A DNA stretch of 64,000 bases from Laetmonice hystrix (taxonomy: Eukaryota). The translations under genes and the position numbers were made by a program. Positions 13,801-25,663 of the stretch are shown one piece after another (the stretch's first letter is position 1; every line of letters starts with the position of its first letter). The notes beneath the pieces are model-generated. The model worked only from the letters and a program-made list of their open reading frames with translations. It ran no database searches and was not told where the DNA came from. Location of the stretch: positions 29,078,001 through 29,142,000 of the forward strand of contig OZ249439.1 of NCBI GenBank assembly GCA_965235115.1, given 5' to 3'.

Positions 13801-16800
13801 GTGGGGATTGAGTCGAAAATTTACTGCTTGAGCTGATGGTCATGTGCTGGACCAGGGCCTAATCATTTCGGGAGCAATTTTCGATCAATTCAACTTCCGT
13901 TCCTTTCTTCCCAAACTATCATTTTCACTAAAAGTTGACAAAAATCAGTTGATAAAAATCTTACTAAAATGATCCCCAGCAAAATCCCCACAAAGTCCTC
14001 ACATCAGGGAGTTTCCCGTTGTGAGGTGTCTTACTAAAAAGTCCCTGCATTGAAACAGTGTTGGGGGCGATGTCCCCAATATGGCAATGTCCATGTGGGG
14101 AGTGACATACTTAATAAGACGGGCCCCAGATGAATCTAATCCTAGGGAATTTCCGAACAACCGAGAGATTACCATCCACGTGTCAGTTTATAGAAGACTA
14201 TCCCTCTATACCCGTATATCGATTGATAACAGAGGTCTTTTAGGGCTGTCGCAGATTTCGGCGAATACAAAAAGGACACAAGCAGATTATAGACTAATGA
14301 AGATTGGAGCGCCGTAGACCTCGTGGGATTGAATCACTCTATAAGAGAAATAACAGCGTGTTTCCTAAAACTACTGAGGGTCGTGGGACTTTATAAAAGA
14401 TAGCGGTGTCGAGTGATAGGACAACCTACTGATGATCGGGGGACTTCATCAAAGATAGCGGTGTAGAGTGATAGGACAACCTACTGAGGGTCGTGGGACT
14501 TTATCAAAGATAGCGGTGTCGAGTGATAGGACAACCTACTGAGGGTCGTGGGACTTCATCAAAGATAGCGGTGTCGAGTGATAGGACAACCTACTGAGGG
14601 TCGTGGGACTTCATCAAAGATAGCGGTGTCGAGTGATAGGACAACCTACTGGGGGTCGTGGGACTTCATCAAAGATAGCGGTGTCGAGTGATAGGACAAT
14701 GTCATTGCTTTCCCTCCAGGTATATAGATATAATGCCAGGTAAGGGTGTCCCTTAACCCCCCCCCCCCCCCCCCCCCCACTCCCCTTATTCCACAGCTCA
14801 GCTCCGCTCAGCTAGTCATGTATTGGGAAATACAAGGGTAGGTCCTAAACTACAGGGTGAATACAAAAAAAACGTTTTTTTTACTTCGTATATTTTCCCC
14901 CTCGAAATATAAAAAAATTGATTCTGTATTTGGCTATGTGATCATCTTGATATGGCTGTTGAGCGCGTGGACTGAAATAATTATTCGTCTGCCTTGCATA
15001 ACAAAGATAGAGCTATTGTTCCCTAGCATACGAAATCAGTACCAAAACAGTATTTTGGAGGTGGCAAAGAGCTTTATTGGCTGTCCTTACCGCAACAGTG
15101 GGACCCAAAGTCCCTAAAACACAATGTTTGTAATGAGATATTTCAATACACCCGCTCAAAAACCATATCAAAATGGTCACATAGCCAAATGCAGAATCAC
15201 TTTTTTATATTTCGATGGGGAAAAAATGCGAGAAAAAAAAACAAGAGTTTTTTTTACCCACCCTTTATAACCAGCACTCGGTATAAATCTAATGTTAAAA
15301 TTCACATACGCTTCACGAGAAAGGAGCTGCCGCTCCAGTCTATGGTCTGGGCCTATAAGATAAAGCCCGCTTTCATGGTGTGAAATGTTCTTTGCTATCT
15401 ATACTAAATTATGCACATAGGAAGATTGCAAGACCAACATGTAACGGTGGATTTTAAGGTCAGTCGACTTTACTTATCACGAAATTGTCCTAATCCGAAT
15501 TACAGACAATCAGAAAACATGAAAGACTCTGATAATGAACAAACATAATGTAAATCCACCGGGCCATCCAAAATATAGTAAAACTACCTCGGAGTGCCAC
15601 ATTTAAAAACAGGCTTCTAACCACAGGCAAAAATCTATTAAGCAGGTTTAGGAAACCCACCTATCCCCATTCCTATATTGTCCCTATATTTTGTCATCCT
15701 CCCCATAACAATAAAACTATTTGAGGATCAGTATTTATAAACTTTTAAAGCGATCTTCACAATGCATATATATTTCAGTTGCTGGTATGGGTAAGTGCCT
15801 TTTTGTACCGGTCAGCTTGGCCTCGTCTTCTAGAGGTCATAAACTTTACAACTCTTTATGTTGGAATAAAGAGACACAATGGTACCCACTTTAAATACTA
15901 ATGCAGATCAACAAAATACCAAGTTCACTTGAGTTTAAATACTTCAACGTTGAATTTAACGTCTCCGCTTTAATTAGAACTGTAAATGGTCTTTTCTGAA
16001 CAAGTTCTTGTAATGGCATTAAATGAACTCGAGAGCAGTGGTAAAAAAATACAACCTTTCAGAACAAAAAGGCTTTGAAAGTGACTGGTTAAACATTTGA
16101 GTAATGCCCCCTTTTTTTGGGGGGGGGGGGGGTGGTACCCTTATAAGTGGGATCGTAATACCTTACCGAATACCTGGCAAATTTCCATCATTTAAGAACG
16201 ATGGAGCCCCCCCCCCCCCGAAACAAAAACCCATGTTCCTTTGAAACCTATCCCCCATTGCCGCCGCGCTGGTTGTAACAATGTCTGTTCAATATGGCCA
16301 TGACCCTCCGGGGCCCCGTGAATTACAGGAGGCGACCCCTCAAATGATTGTTAATGCACCCTAATTGTGACCCTGTGCCCAAGTTGACTGGTGGCCCATT
16401 TGTCGTGGGGTGGCGCGCTCCTACTGCTGCGTACCCTGTTGACTGTGTTGGCGGCCCCAACCCCTCCCGAGGTCAGCCCGATAAATGTAAAATGGTCCCT
16501 GAGACACAATTCTTGCCAAATGACACGATCCTTGGCGCTCCTTATTCATAAGTTATTGACATACACAAGGCGATCCTTCTGTGGACTTTGAGGTGTTTTC
16601 TTGCAATTTGTGCCTGTTGGGATCCTGGATAATGTGTCAAACTTTCCGGTACAAAATATTATGATCAGGATATCATTATACACGCTTAATTATAAACATA
16701 TATCGTTTCCGTACCAAATACGGAATGACAANNNNNNNNNNNNNNNNNNNNNNNNNNNNNNNNNNNNNNNNNNNNNNNNNNNNNNNNNNNNNNNNNNNNN

Positions 16801-18294
16801 NNNNNNNNNNNNNNNNNNNNNNNNNNNNNNNNNNNNNNNNNNNNNNNNNNNNNNNNNNNNNNNNTAAAAAATACAAATATTGTTACGGTTCTCCAGGATT
16901 AAGAACGGTCATTTTGACTGTGAGCTGGGATATTCCTACACTGACTGGGCCATATCCCTGCCCCCCCCCACCCCCCCCCCCCACCCCACCCCACCCCACC
17001 CCCTCCAAGGATCAGGGATTGGTCACACATACATGGGTGATCATTCTTATTTATGGATCAATTATTTGGATCACATGCGGGGTGATGTGATCCGGGACCA
17101 TATACCACCCTAATCACCCCTGTGGTCAGCTCACATATACCCCATAACACTGACCTCCTAATCCCAGGCTGTCCTGATTTTTTGCCTTATATTATTTACA
17201 TAGGGAGAATGTCCGCCTATATAATGACAGAATAAAGAGGCATGCGATTTAAATGCAACTCATCATTTTTTATTACGCCTAGATCCCAATTACCTGTTAT
17301 GAAGTATTTTGCTTAATCACCACACAAACCACTGCCTTCAACTTTGGGCCGGGGGGGGGGGGGGGGGTCAGGGAGTACTATAGTAGGCCTACGCTAGCAA
17401 ATGACGTAGTTCTTCAGACGGCCTGCCAAGGCGACTTTTTACAACTGCTAGGCCTATTTTTATAGTTCTTTCCTAAAGATTTATTCATAAGGTACTTTTT
17501 TATATTTTGCTTCGTGCCGGTGAACCTTCCCATCGCAAAAAAAACAATTGTGTGGGGTGAAACCCGGACCGATACCCCTTAATTAATACCCTTAATTAAA
17601 TCTTCTTCTCTCATTAATATTTCACCCCACGATAAACCGTCATTATCTCCTGTTTGGGGCCGTATGGGGTCTCAATCGGTCCAGTCTCCATGCTACGGTT
17701 TGAGCCAGCCCCCCCCCCACCCCCCATACTTATAGAATCGTCCCCTAACATGTATTAAAATACCAGCCATCACGTGACGTGTGAGGATGAGAAACATAAT
17801 GCCAATTAACATCGCGTGATCTTCAGATCCAGAAAAAAAATTGTCTTGGTCTCATTATGTGCATGTCTAGGAGCAACGCAATCGTTTTACATAACATCCA
17901 GGTGTTCCGGGACCTATCCAAGCTGAAGCTAGGCTCCCTGAAATGGCCGTGACTGCATATATAGAGTTCCAGGCGTACATTGTGTTGCCCACCCACTTAT
18001 AATGAGCCCCCCGCCAGCGACAGTAATACCATGCTGACCCAACTGTCCTCGATCCACCTTGCCATCGGCGACACGGTCAGGTGGGCAGTTCCAACGAACG
18101 ACGACTATCGAATGCATCTATGCCAGACTATCAGAGGACACCCATCACCTTTGGCGAGTGACATGTGTATCAACTATTACAACCACTCCATGACGAACAG
18201 TTCCGTTAATACTATAATCACCAAACCTACCTGTGACTGCGACCAGATGAAGTAACAGCAGGGTTAACGTGGAGAGTAACAGACGAAGTACCAT
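1622..18294 (-). CDS. VEGFR/PDGFR (PVR)-like Ig-domain receptor, 5' part only (3 coding exons; gene continues past the left edge)
   Basis: Spliced product: MVLRLLLSTLTLLLLHLVAVTG-DVGPG...PVLSIHRKEIVLRPGDVLTVTCKGVAPLKWTYPLIK-AQNPP...ESQLEVEALMYADTGYFRCAYARQSARGRTAAVYVYVY. This is a signal peptide plus an Ig domain with C..W..DTGYxxC and a terminal VYVYV, resembling Ig D1 of VEGFR/PDGFR as I recall it. Exon phases 1-0-1 are consistent. The kinase domain is not in the window, so the family call rests on D1 only. Confidence 0.8.
2981..3032. repeat. poly-C plus (CCA)n microsatellite
   Basis: Directly visible; source of the poly-G/W/T ORFs at 2878-3258. Confidence 0.95.
5192..5349 (-). CDS. PVR-like receptor exon 2 (first half of Ig D1)
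   Basis: gttgctag|GT...AAG|gtaggt; 158 nt, phase 1 to 0; encodes LTVTCKGVAPLKWTYP. Confidence 0.85.
5345..5710. repeat. Imperfect 39-bp tandem array with GTCGTCATGGCAAC core
   Basis: Exact core at 5383, 5422, 5461, 5534, 5632, 5671; variants at 5345, 5497, 5594, 5697. Confidence 0.9.
8799..8812. promoter_or_regulatory. Candidate RFX X-box in receptor intron 1
   Basis: GTTACCATGGCGAC, a close match to the RFX consensus GTTRCCATGGYAAC; motif match only. Confidence 0.35.
10198..10276. repeat. (TC)n/(TGTCTC)n microsatellite
   Basis: Directly visible. Confidence 0.95.
10794..10951. other. Assembly gap
   Basis: Run of N. Confidence 1.
11852..12060. other. Assembly gap
   Basis: Run of N. Confidence 1.
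13206..13342. other. Assembly gap
   Basis: Run of N. Confidence 1.
13497..13592. repeat. C-rich repeat built from CCCTA/CCCTCA blocks
   Basis: cctacccctacccctc(a)accctcaccctctctcac, about 3 copies. Confidence 0.8.
14371..14699. repeat. 55-bp tandem repeat, about 6 copies
   Basis: Unit ctactgagggtcgtgggacttcatcaaagatagcggtgtcgagtgataggacaac; TAGCG at 14401, 14456, 14511, 14566. Confidence 0.95.
16732..16864. other. Assembly gap
   Basis: Run of N. Confidence 1.
18231..18294 (-). CDS. PVR-like receptor coding exon 1 (signal peptide)
   Basis: ATG at 18294, hydrophobic MVLRLLLSTLTLLLLHLVAVT, donor G|gtaggt; 64 nt, phase 1. Assignment to the same gene as the Ig exons is inferred from strand and phase. 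Confidence 0.75.
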
Positions 18295-19674
18295 GCTGAG
18301 TGTTGTCGGCTGACACCTGTTTACTAGAGACGGAGTGGTAGGCCGACTTGTATACTGCTGATGACCGCGGCTCTCACCCACTCCCCAACTTGATGACCTC
18401 GTGTCTTTTTGTTTATATCTTGTTTTCAGAAAGTTCTGCTGTCCAGTTCGGCTCGTGTATAGTTTTAGTTCGATTTAAATTGTCCACTTGCCATGATGTG
18501 TGACTGGTGCTGGAAGTCCACGTTAAAGCTGGGCGGTGACTTCCCCAGTCATATTTTCAGTTAACTTTGAGGGGAACTCCGAGCCCGTTCCGTTCACCAC
18601 GGAGTATATCCGCATTCTGACTCAGTGATATACTACCACGAACGCTCTGACTGTCCTTTACTGGTCGGAGGGATTGTTATTGGACATTCCATTTAATGGC
18701 AACCTCCCGCGCCCTATATGGGTATATGACCTAAAAAGTCAAATTACTCTACTGAAACTTCCACAGTTTTTTCCCCACCCGATGAGAACCCGTGATGCTC
18801 CACAGAGTTATAAACTGCATCGCATTTTTCATTCCCGTTTGTCAAATGTAAATTAGATAAAGATTTTTAAGGTATCCAGTTCATGGAACAGCCACAAAAC
18901 GATGTTCTTTTTCATTAGCATACTGTGTGCGCCCATGGGCATCTAGTCACGCCCCCTCGTGGTGGTCATTTCCAAGTCGGGGATGAATGGGACGGAGTGC
19001 ACAATTCCCTACCAATAACCTCCGCTGGCCAATACGGGAGTTTATTTGCAGCAGACAGGACAAGGGAGGAATAGAAATACAACTCCTATAATTTCATTAA
19101 CTGTCACAAATTGATATATCCATTTAAAGCCTTTGCATTTTCCCCATATGTAGAAGATTAGTGCAGCAGACTAAAATCTAGTATCAGAATGAATGCATCT
19201 TTAGTGTGTTTGCTCCACCGTTAATAAGAGATTTTTCAAATGTTAACGTAATTCATGTTCAACTATATTACATCATGGGACGCTGACTTACCATGCTATA
19301 AAAAATGTGACCGGACTCACATCATACCGGATAACGCAGCTAGGGCGCCATCTAGTGTTAAGCTGATCAACTACCGTTTTAACTCCCCGCCTAGTCTTCC
19401 AACATATTATTATGGGCTATGGATTAAACCCGCGTGAGATAAGTTAGGTACCCACTGAAAGTTGTACGAATATCATTCAGTATAAACCTTAACAACTGAT
19501 AAAAACTAAAGTCTTGAGAACTGATCAAAAATTGGGTGAACAGGGCTCCGTCAAAATAAAGATTGACTCAGGACTGAATGCAGAAATCCGCTTAAATATT
19601 GGGTTGAGAAAACTGGATCAAGACTTGAACGTCTCAATCCTGACACAATGTTCCTGGCCTACTTTATGACAAAC

Positions 19675-22479
19675 GTCCTGGTTACGGCTACCCCCTCCCG
19701 CCACCTACCGACTGAACGACAACACCAGACGACTGTGTCCCTGGTTACGGACACCCCCTCCCGCCACCTACCGACTGAACGACAACACCAGACGACTGTG
19801 TCCCTGGTTACGGACACCCCCTCCCGCCACCTACCGACTGAACGACAACACCAGACGACTGTGTCCCTGGTTACGGGTACCCCGCCCCGCCACCTAGCGA
19901 CTTAACGACAACAGCAGACGACTGTGTCCCTGGTTACGGGCACCCCCTCCCGCCACCTACCGACTGAACGACAACACCAGACGACTGTGTCCCTGGTTAC
20001 GGACACCCCCTCCCGCCACCTACCGACTGAACGACAACACCAGACGACTGTGTCCCTGGTTACGGGTACCCCCTCCGGCCACCTACCGACTGAACGACAA
20101 CACCAGACGACTGTGTCCCTGGTTACGGGCGCCCCTCCCGCCTGAACGACAACACCAGACGACTGTGTCCCTGGTTACGGCTGCCCCCTCCCGCCACCTA
20201 CCGACTGAACGACAACACCAGACGACTGTGTCCCTGGTTACGGGCACCCCCTCCCGCCACCTACCGACCGAACGACAACACCAGACGACTGTGTCCCTGG
20301 TTACGGCTACCCCCTCCCGCCACCTACCGACCGAACGACAACACCAGACGACTGTGTCCCTGGTTACGGGCACCCCCTCCCGCCACCTACCGACCGAACG
20401 ACAACACCAGACGACTGTGTCCCTGGTTACGGGCACCCCCTCCCGCCACCTACCGACCGAACGACAACACCAGACGACTGTGTCCCTGGATACGGGCGCC
20501 ACCTACCGACTGAACGACAACACCAGACGACTGTGTCCCTGGTTACGGGTACCCCCTCCCGCCACCTACCGACTGAACGACAACACCAGACGACTGTGTC
20601 CCTGGTTACGGCTACCCCCTCCCGCCTGAACGACAACACCAGACGACTGTGTCCCTGGTTACGGGCACCCCCTCCCGCCACCTACCGACTGAACGACAAC
20701 ACCAGACGACTGTGTCCCTGGTTACGGGCACCACCTCCCGCCACCTACCGACTGAACGACAACACCAGACGACTGTGTCCCTGGTTACGGGCACCACCTC
20801 CCGCCACCTACCGACTGAACGACAACACCAGACGACTGTGTCCCTGGTTACGGGCACCACCTCCCGCCACCTACCGACTGAACGACAACACCAGACGACT
20901 GTGTCCCTGGTTACGGGCACCACCTCCCGCCACCTACCGACTGAACGACAACACCAGACGACTGTGTCCCTGGTTACGGGCACCACCTCCCGCCACCTAC
21001 CGACCGAACGACAGCAGACGACTGTGTCCCTGGTTACAGGTACCCCCTCCCGCCCCCTACCGACTGAACGACAACACCAGACGACTGTCTCCCTGGTTAC
21101 GGGCACCACCTCCCGCCACCTACCGACCGAACAACACCAGACGACTGTGTCCCTGGTTACGGGCACCACCTCCCGCCACCTACCGACCGAACGACAGCAG
21201 ACGACTGTGTCCCTGGTTACAGGTACCCCCTCCCGCCCCCTACCGACTGAACGACAACACCAGACGACTGTCTCCCTGGTTACGGGCACCACCTCCCGCC
21301 ACCTACCGACCGAACGACAGCAGACGACTGTGTCCCTGGTTACAGGTACCCCCTCCCGCCCCCTACCGACTGAACGACAACACCAGACGACTGTGTCCCT
21401 GGTTACGGGTACCCCCTCCCGCCACCTACCGACTGAACGACAACACCAGACGACTGTGTCCCTGGTTACGGCTACCCCCTCCCGCCTGAACGACAACACC
21501 AGACGACTGTGTCCCTGGTTACGGGCACCCCCTCCCGCCACCTACCGACTGAACGACAACACCAGACGACTGTGTCCCTGGTTATGGGCGCCCCTCCCGC
21601 CACCTACCGACTGAACGACAACACCAGACGACTGTGTCCCTGGTTACGGCTGCCCCCTCCCGCCACCTACCGACTGAACGACAACACCAGACGACTGTGT
21701 CCCTGGTTACGGGCACCACCTCCCGCCACCTACCGACCGAACGACAGCAGACGACTGTGTCCCTGGTTACAGGAACCCCCTCCCGCCCCCTACCGACTGA
21801 ACGACAACACCAGACGACTGTCTCCCTGGTTACGGGCACCACCTCCCGCCACCTACCGACCAAACGACAGCAGACGACTGTGTCCCTGGTTACAGGTACC
21901 CCCTCCCGCCCCCTACCGACTGAACGACAACACCAGACGACTGTGTCCCTGGTTACGGGCACCACCTCCCGCCACCTACCGACCGAACGACAGCAGACGA
22001 CTGTGTCCCTGGTTACAGGTACCCCCTCCCGCCCCCTACCGACTGAACGACAACACCAGACGACTGTCTCCCTGGTTACGGGCACCACCTCCCGCCACCT
22101 ACCGACCGAACGACAGCAGACGACTGTGTCCCTGGTTACAGGTACCCCCTCCCGCCCCCTACCGACTGAACGACAACACCAGACGACTGTGTCCCTGGTT
22201 ACGGGCACCACCTCCCGCCACCTACCGACCGAACGACAGCAGACGACTGTGTCCCTGGTTCCAGGTACCCCCTCCCGCCCCCTACCGACTGAACGACAAC
22301 ACCAGACGACTGTCTCCCTGGTTACGGGCGCCACCTACCGACTGAACGACAACACCAGACGACTGTGTCCCTGGTTACGGGCACCCCTCCCGCCACCTAC
22401 CGACCAATCGACAACAGCAGACGACTGTGTCCCTGGTTACGGGCGCCACCTACCGACTGAACGACAACAGCAGACGACT
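19675..22479. repeat. 63-bp GC-rich minisatellite, about 45 units, with 60-bp and 53-bp variants
   Basis: Unit ctgtgtccctggttacgggcaccccctcccgccacctaccgactgaacgacaacaccagacga; explains all 21-aa repetitive ORFs at 19648-22590. Confidence 0.98.
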
Positions 22480-24600
22480 TTTTGCAGCAGAGTCCTCTTT
22501 ATTTGTTCACGGCCGCGGCCCAGACTCGGCCAGGGCGCCCCACGCGGGCCTCACTGGCATCCTGGCCTTGCCCTAATAAATACACGATAGAACCTACGTA
22601 CATCCAACGTCTCTGGATACTGGTGGGCTAACCTCATCACCTGGGCAATAAATTAGCAGTTTAAACGGCACACATCTTAGGCCAACACGGCCCCTCGATC
22701 GTGCTTAAAAATACGAGTAATTACCATGTTTTAATAGCTCTGATGCTTCAAGACGAAACGAGGCAACTGTTCCAAATATGAAGAAAGAAAGAAAAGTCTG
22801 ACTGGAAAAATGCCGGCATTTGTTGCTGATCTGTTCCGATATAAATAAATATTGCTGAATGCGCTTTGTCGGCGACCTCAGCCCTCTCCAACCCCGCCCC
22901 ACATAACATGGGTGGTGAGGTTTCTCCAACGTGCCTAGCTAGGCAAACAAAGCAACAACTGGCCACTGCCAGTGTTCTATAACGTATCATCAACCCACTG
23001 CTTTCTCTAAGAATGTTAATTAACAAATTGACACTCTATAGCCATGGGAGAAAAAAAATCTAATGTGTTGACCGACCACTAGGATGGACCTGGTGATCCT
23101 TGAACACGCGAGAGTAACTTTGCAATATAGGCCTAATAAGGAGAGTCTGTGAAGCTTTCAGTTAAAACGTCCAAAGCTGATGCCCAGCTTTTAAAAAATA
23201 TTTCCAACAATCATACTTTTGTTGTGTATAGATATATAATTATATATATAGGTAACCGTAATCTTTACTCATGTTCCAGCGTTAGGATCGGAATCGGATT
23301 TCTCCGAGTTGACAATAGCAACAACTGTCCTTTTTCGTCCTATGGCTTGACTGAATGTTCTACACTAGATGGCGCCTCAGTCCACCAACTGGACGCCATC
23401 TTGTCGCCTGCTCTCGCTGTGGCGACTTCGGGCAAAATACACAGGACGGCACAAACACGGCTTTCGCAATAACCCTCCCCCTCACTTTAAACGGGAGTGG
23501 GGTACATTTAAAATGTGGTACTTGCCGTTCAAAGCGTGCGCCCACGGTACCAAGCCCTGCGTGTTAGGATTCTGTCAGCCATGTTGTCTAGTCGGGAATT
23601 GGAGGTCAAAGCCTCGTAGTCAAAAAGTCAAGAAGGTCCGTATTGTTACACTACGTCTGTCAGGTTGAGAACCACAAATTCACGTCAGGTCAGGTGTGCG
23701 TAGGTTTGGGGCGCAAGGGATTGTCAATATTTAGAAATAGGCCGGCCTTGGGGTCGCAAATCAGCCGTAAATATATTCATGACGTTTAGCGGCTGCAGCG
23801 CCGCCCTGGCGGGGGATGACATCGTAATCAGACTGCTCATATCGAGGGCAGGCGCAGCCTTGTGTGTGTCTCCAAAACATTCATCATCTACTCTCATTAA
23901 ATCTCTCAGTTTGAGGCTAAAACATCCAAAAATCAAAGTAAATTTTCCAGGAAGGTCAAATCTACAAGACCGAAGCAGGTCTCGACGTTGGCATTTCATC
24001 AGAAAAATTAGTCTTTATGTTCTGAGAGCAGTCTGAAGCCGGGGGGCACATTTAACCCAAATAGATAATACTTTACAAAACAATGCACATCCAACCTGTA
24101 CGTATGGCCTGACGTGAGATATTGGTTCTCAATACCAGATGACGTGTGAAACTCCTCCCCCCTACAACCTCCACCTCCCTCCCCACCTTGGTTCAGCCAT
24201 CCTTTAGACCCTCACTATCCCTACAGCACTAACTGACACAAAATGAACAAAGCTCACTCGACACTATCGCAGTTAGTAAACTCTCAGCTTCCGCCGACGT
24301 ATCCACGAGTGAGCGCCCTATTTACGATCTACTATATTAAGCACATACACCCCTTTCAAAAGAAAGGATAACAACTTCACTTTCTAGTCAAGAGATTTAC
24401 ACAATTGTGACTTTAAAACACTTCAACCAGCAATTATTGCAAACCTTCAGGTGACCATACCCCACTTTAACATAAGTGCAGCACTTTTTTTAGTATACCA
24501 ATGCAGTAAAATACTCAACAATAGAGTAGACAATATATACTATAAATCGTCTAATTCCTTGAAAAAAAAAAGAAGGTACTATGCTTAGTTTATGACGCTG

Positions 24601-24707
24601 GGGTGCGTTTCTCATCTATCGTTATCCTGTCGTGCGTTAAAATCCCCACTGAAAATGCATTGGAGTTAACGATACGACAAACTAACGACATGATGAGGAA
24701 CGCACCC
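24601..24707. mobile_element. Harbinger-type MITE (CTG TSD), copy 1
   Basis: CTG | GGGTGCGTTTCTCA ... TGAGGAACGCACCC | CTG; closely related copy at 37339-37445. Confidence 0.75.
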
Positions 24708-25663
24708 CTGGGTAATCTAAATATAAACACCGAGAAATTATTGTCTGGAAATTTAATGTGCTGAGCAAATTATACTGCATTGAACCCAGCCTTAGTGCAA
24801 ACCTTGACAGTTTGATCAACTGTCAAAGTGTCATATAAACGTCCCTACACATAGCAGCAGAACAACTTAAACACTTCATTCAATGTCACACCGACAGCAT
24901 CTTCAGAACCAGTGTCACTTCACCTATACCAGTCTGCTGACCACTGGACAAAACGTAAAATACTGTTAAAATGATTGGAGTGAAGAAATAAAAGCCAGAT
25001 TGAATTATCTAACAATAGCTCAGCTAATGCTATTAAAATTTAATAAATGATTTTTTTTGAAAGGATATCGTTCAATAAGTACGGTAATAGACTCTATAAC
25101 TGTGGAAGCACACAACTTGTTGTTTGAACGTTGTGCCCACTTTGAAGAACACAAAGTTCTCAGACACACATCTTGTCAATACCTCACATCGTTCTAACAC
25201 CTAACGTGAAAACAGACGCTACAATACAACTACAATAGTCAAGTCTGTGTAAGACCCCACAACGATGGCTGAACCAAGGCAAGACGAGACCAGTTGGGAC
25301 TTGTGGCACCAACAACGTGATATCTCCAGTAAAACAGCTACATCCTCATTTCAAATACTCCTTTCGGCAATTTGTGTTTTTGTCAAGCTGGCAACCGAGC
25401 GGTGAATTAAACAGACCAATAAGTTAGCATCATAAGTTACAATAAGTTAGAGGTTTAATGAAATGTCCGTTAATCAGATTCATGGTCGTGCTTTGTCATC
25501 CGGACTTCTCATAGCAAACACTGGTTTAACACCAGAATATAGTCTGAGGTAATTTGATATTTTAATCTTGTTGATAGATTGGAGACATCACCGATGGCAG
25601 CCACTCCCTACTGATATTTTCCCAGGGTGGGTTTGGAGATGATTGGGGGAGAAAGATTTTCAT

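Noticed and set aside
10637-17113. ORFs containing X runs
   Set aside because: They are open only because they cross N gaps
19648-22590. Long repetitive ORFs as real genes
   Set aside because: Products of a 63-bp repeat; frames are broken repeatedly by 53-bp deletion units
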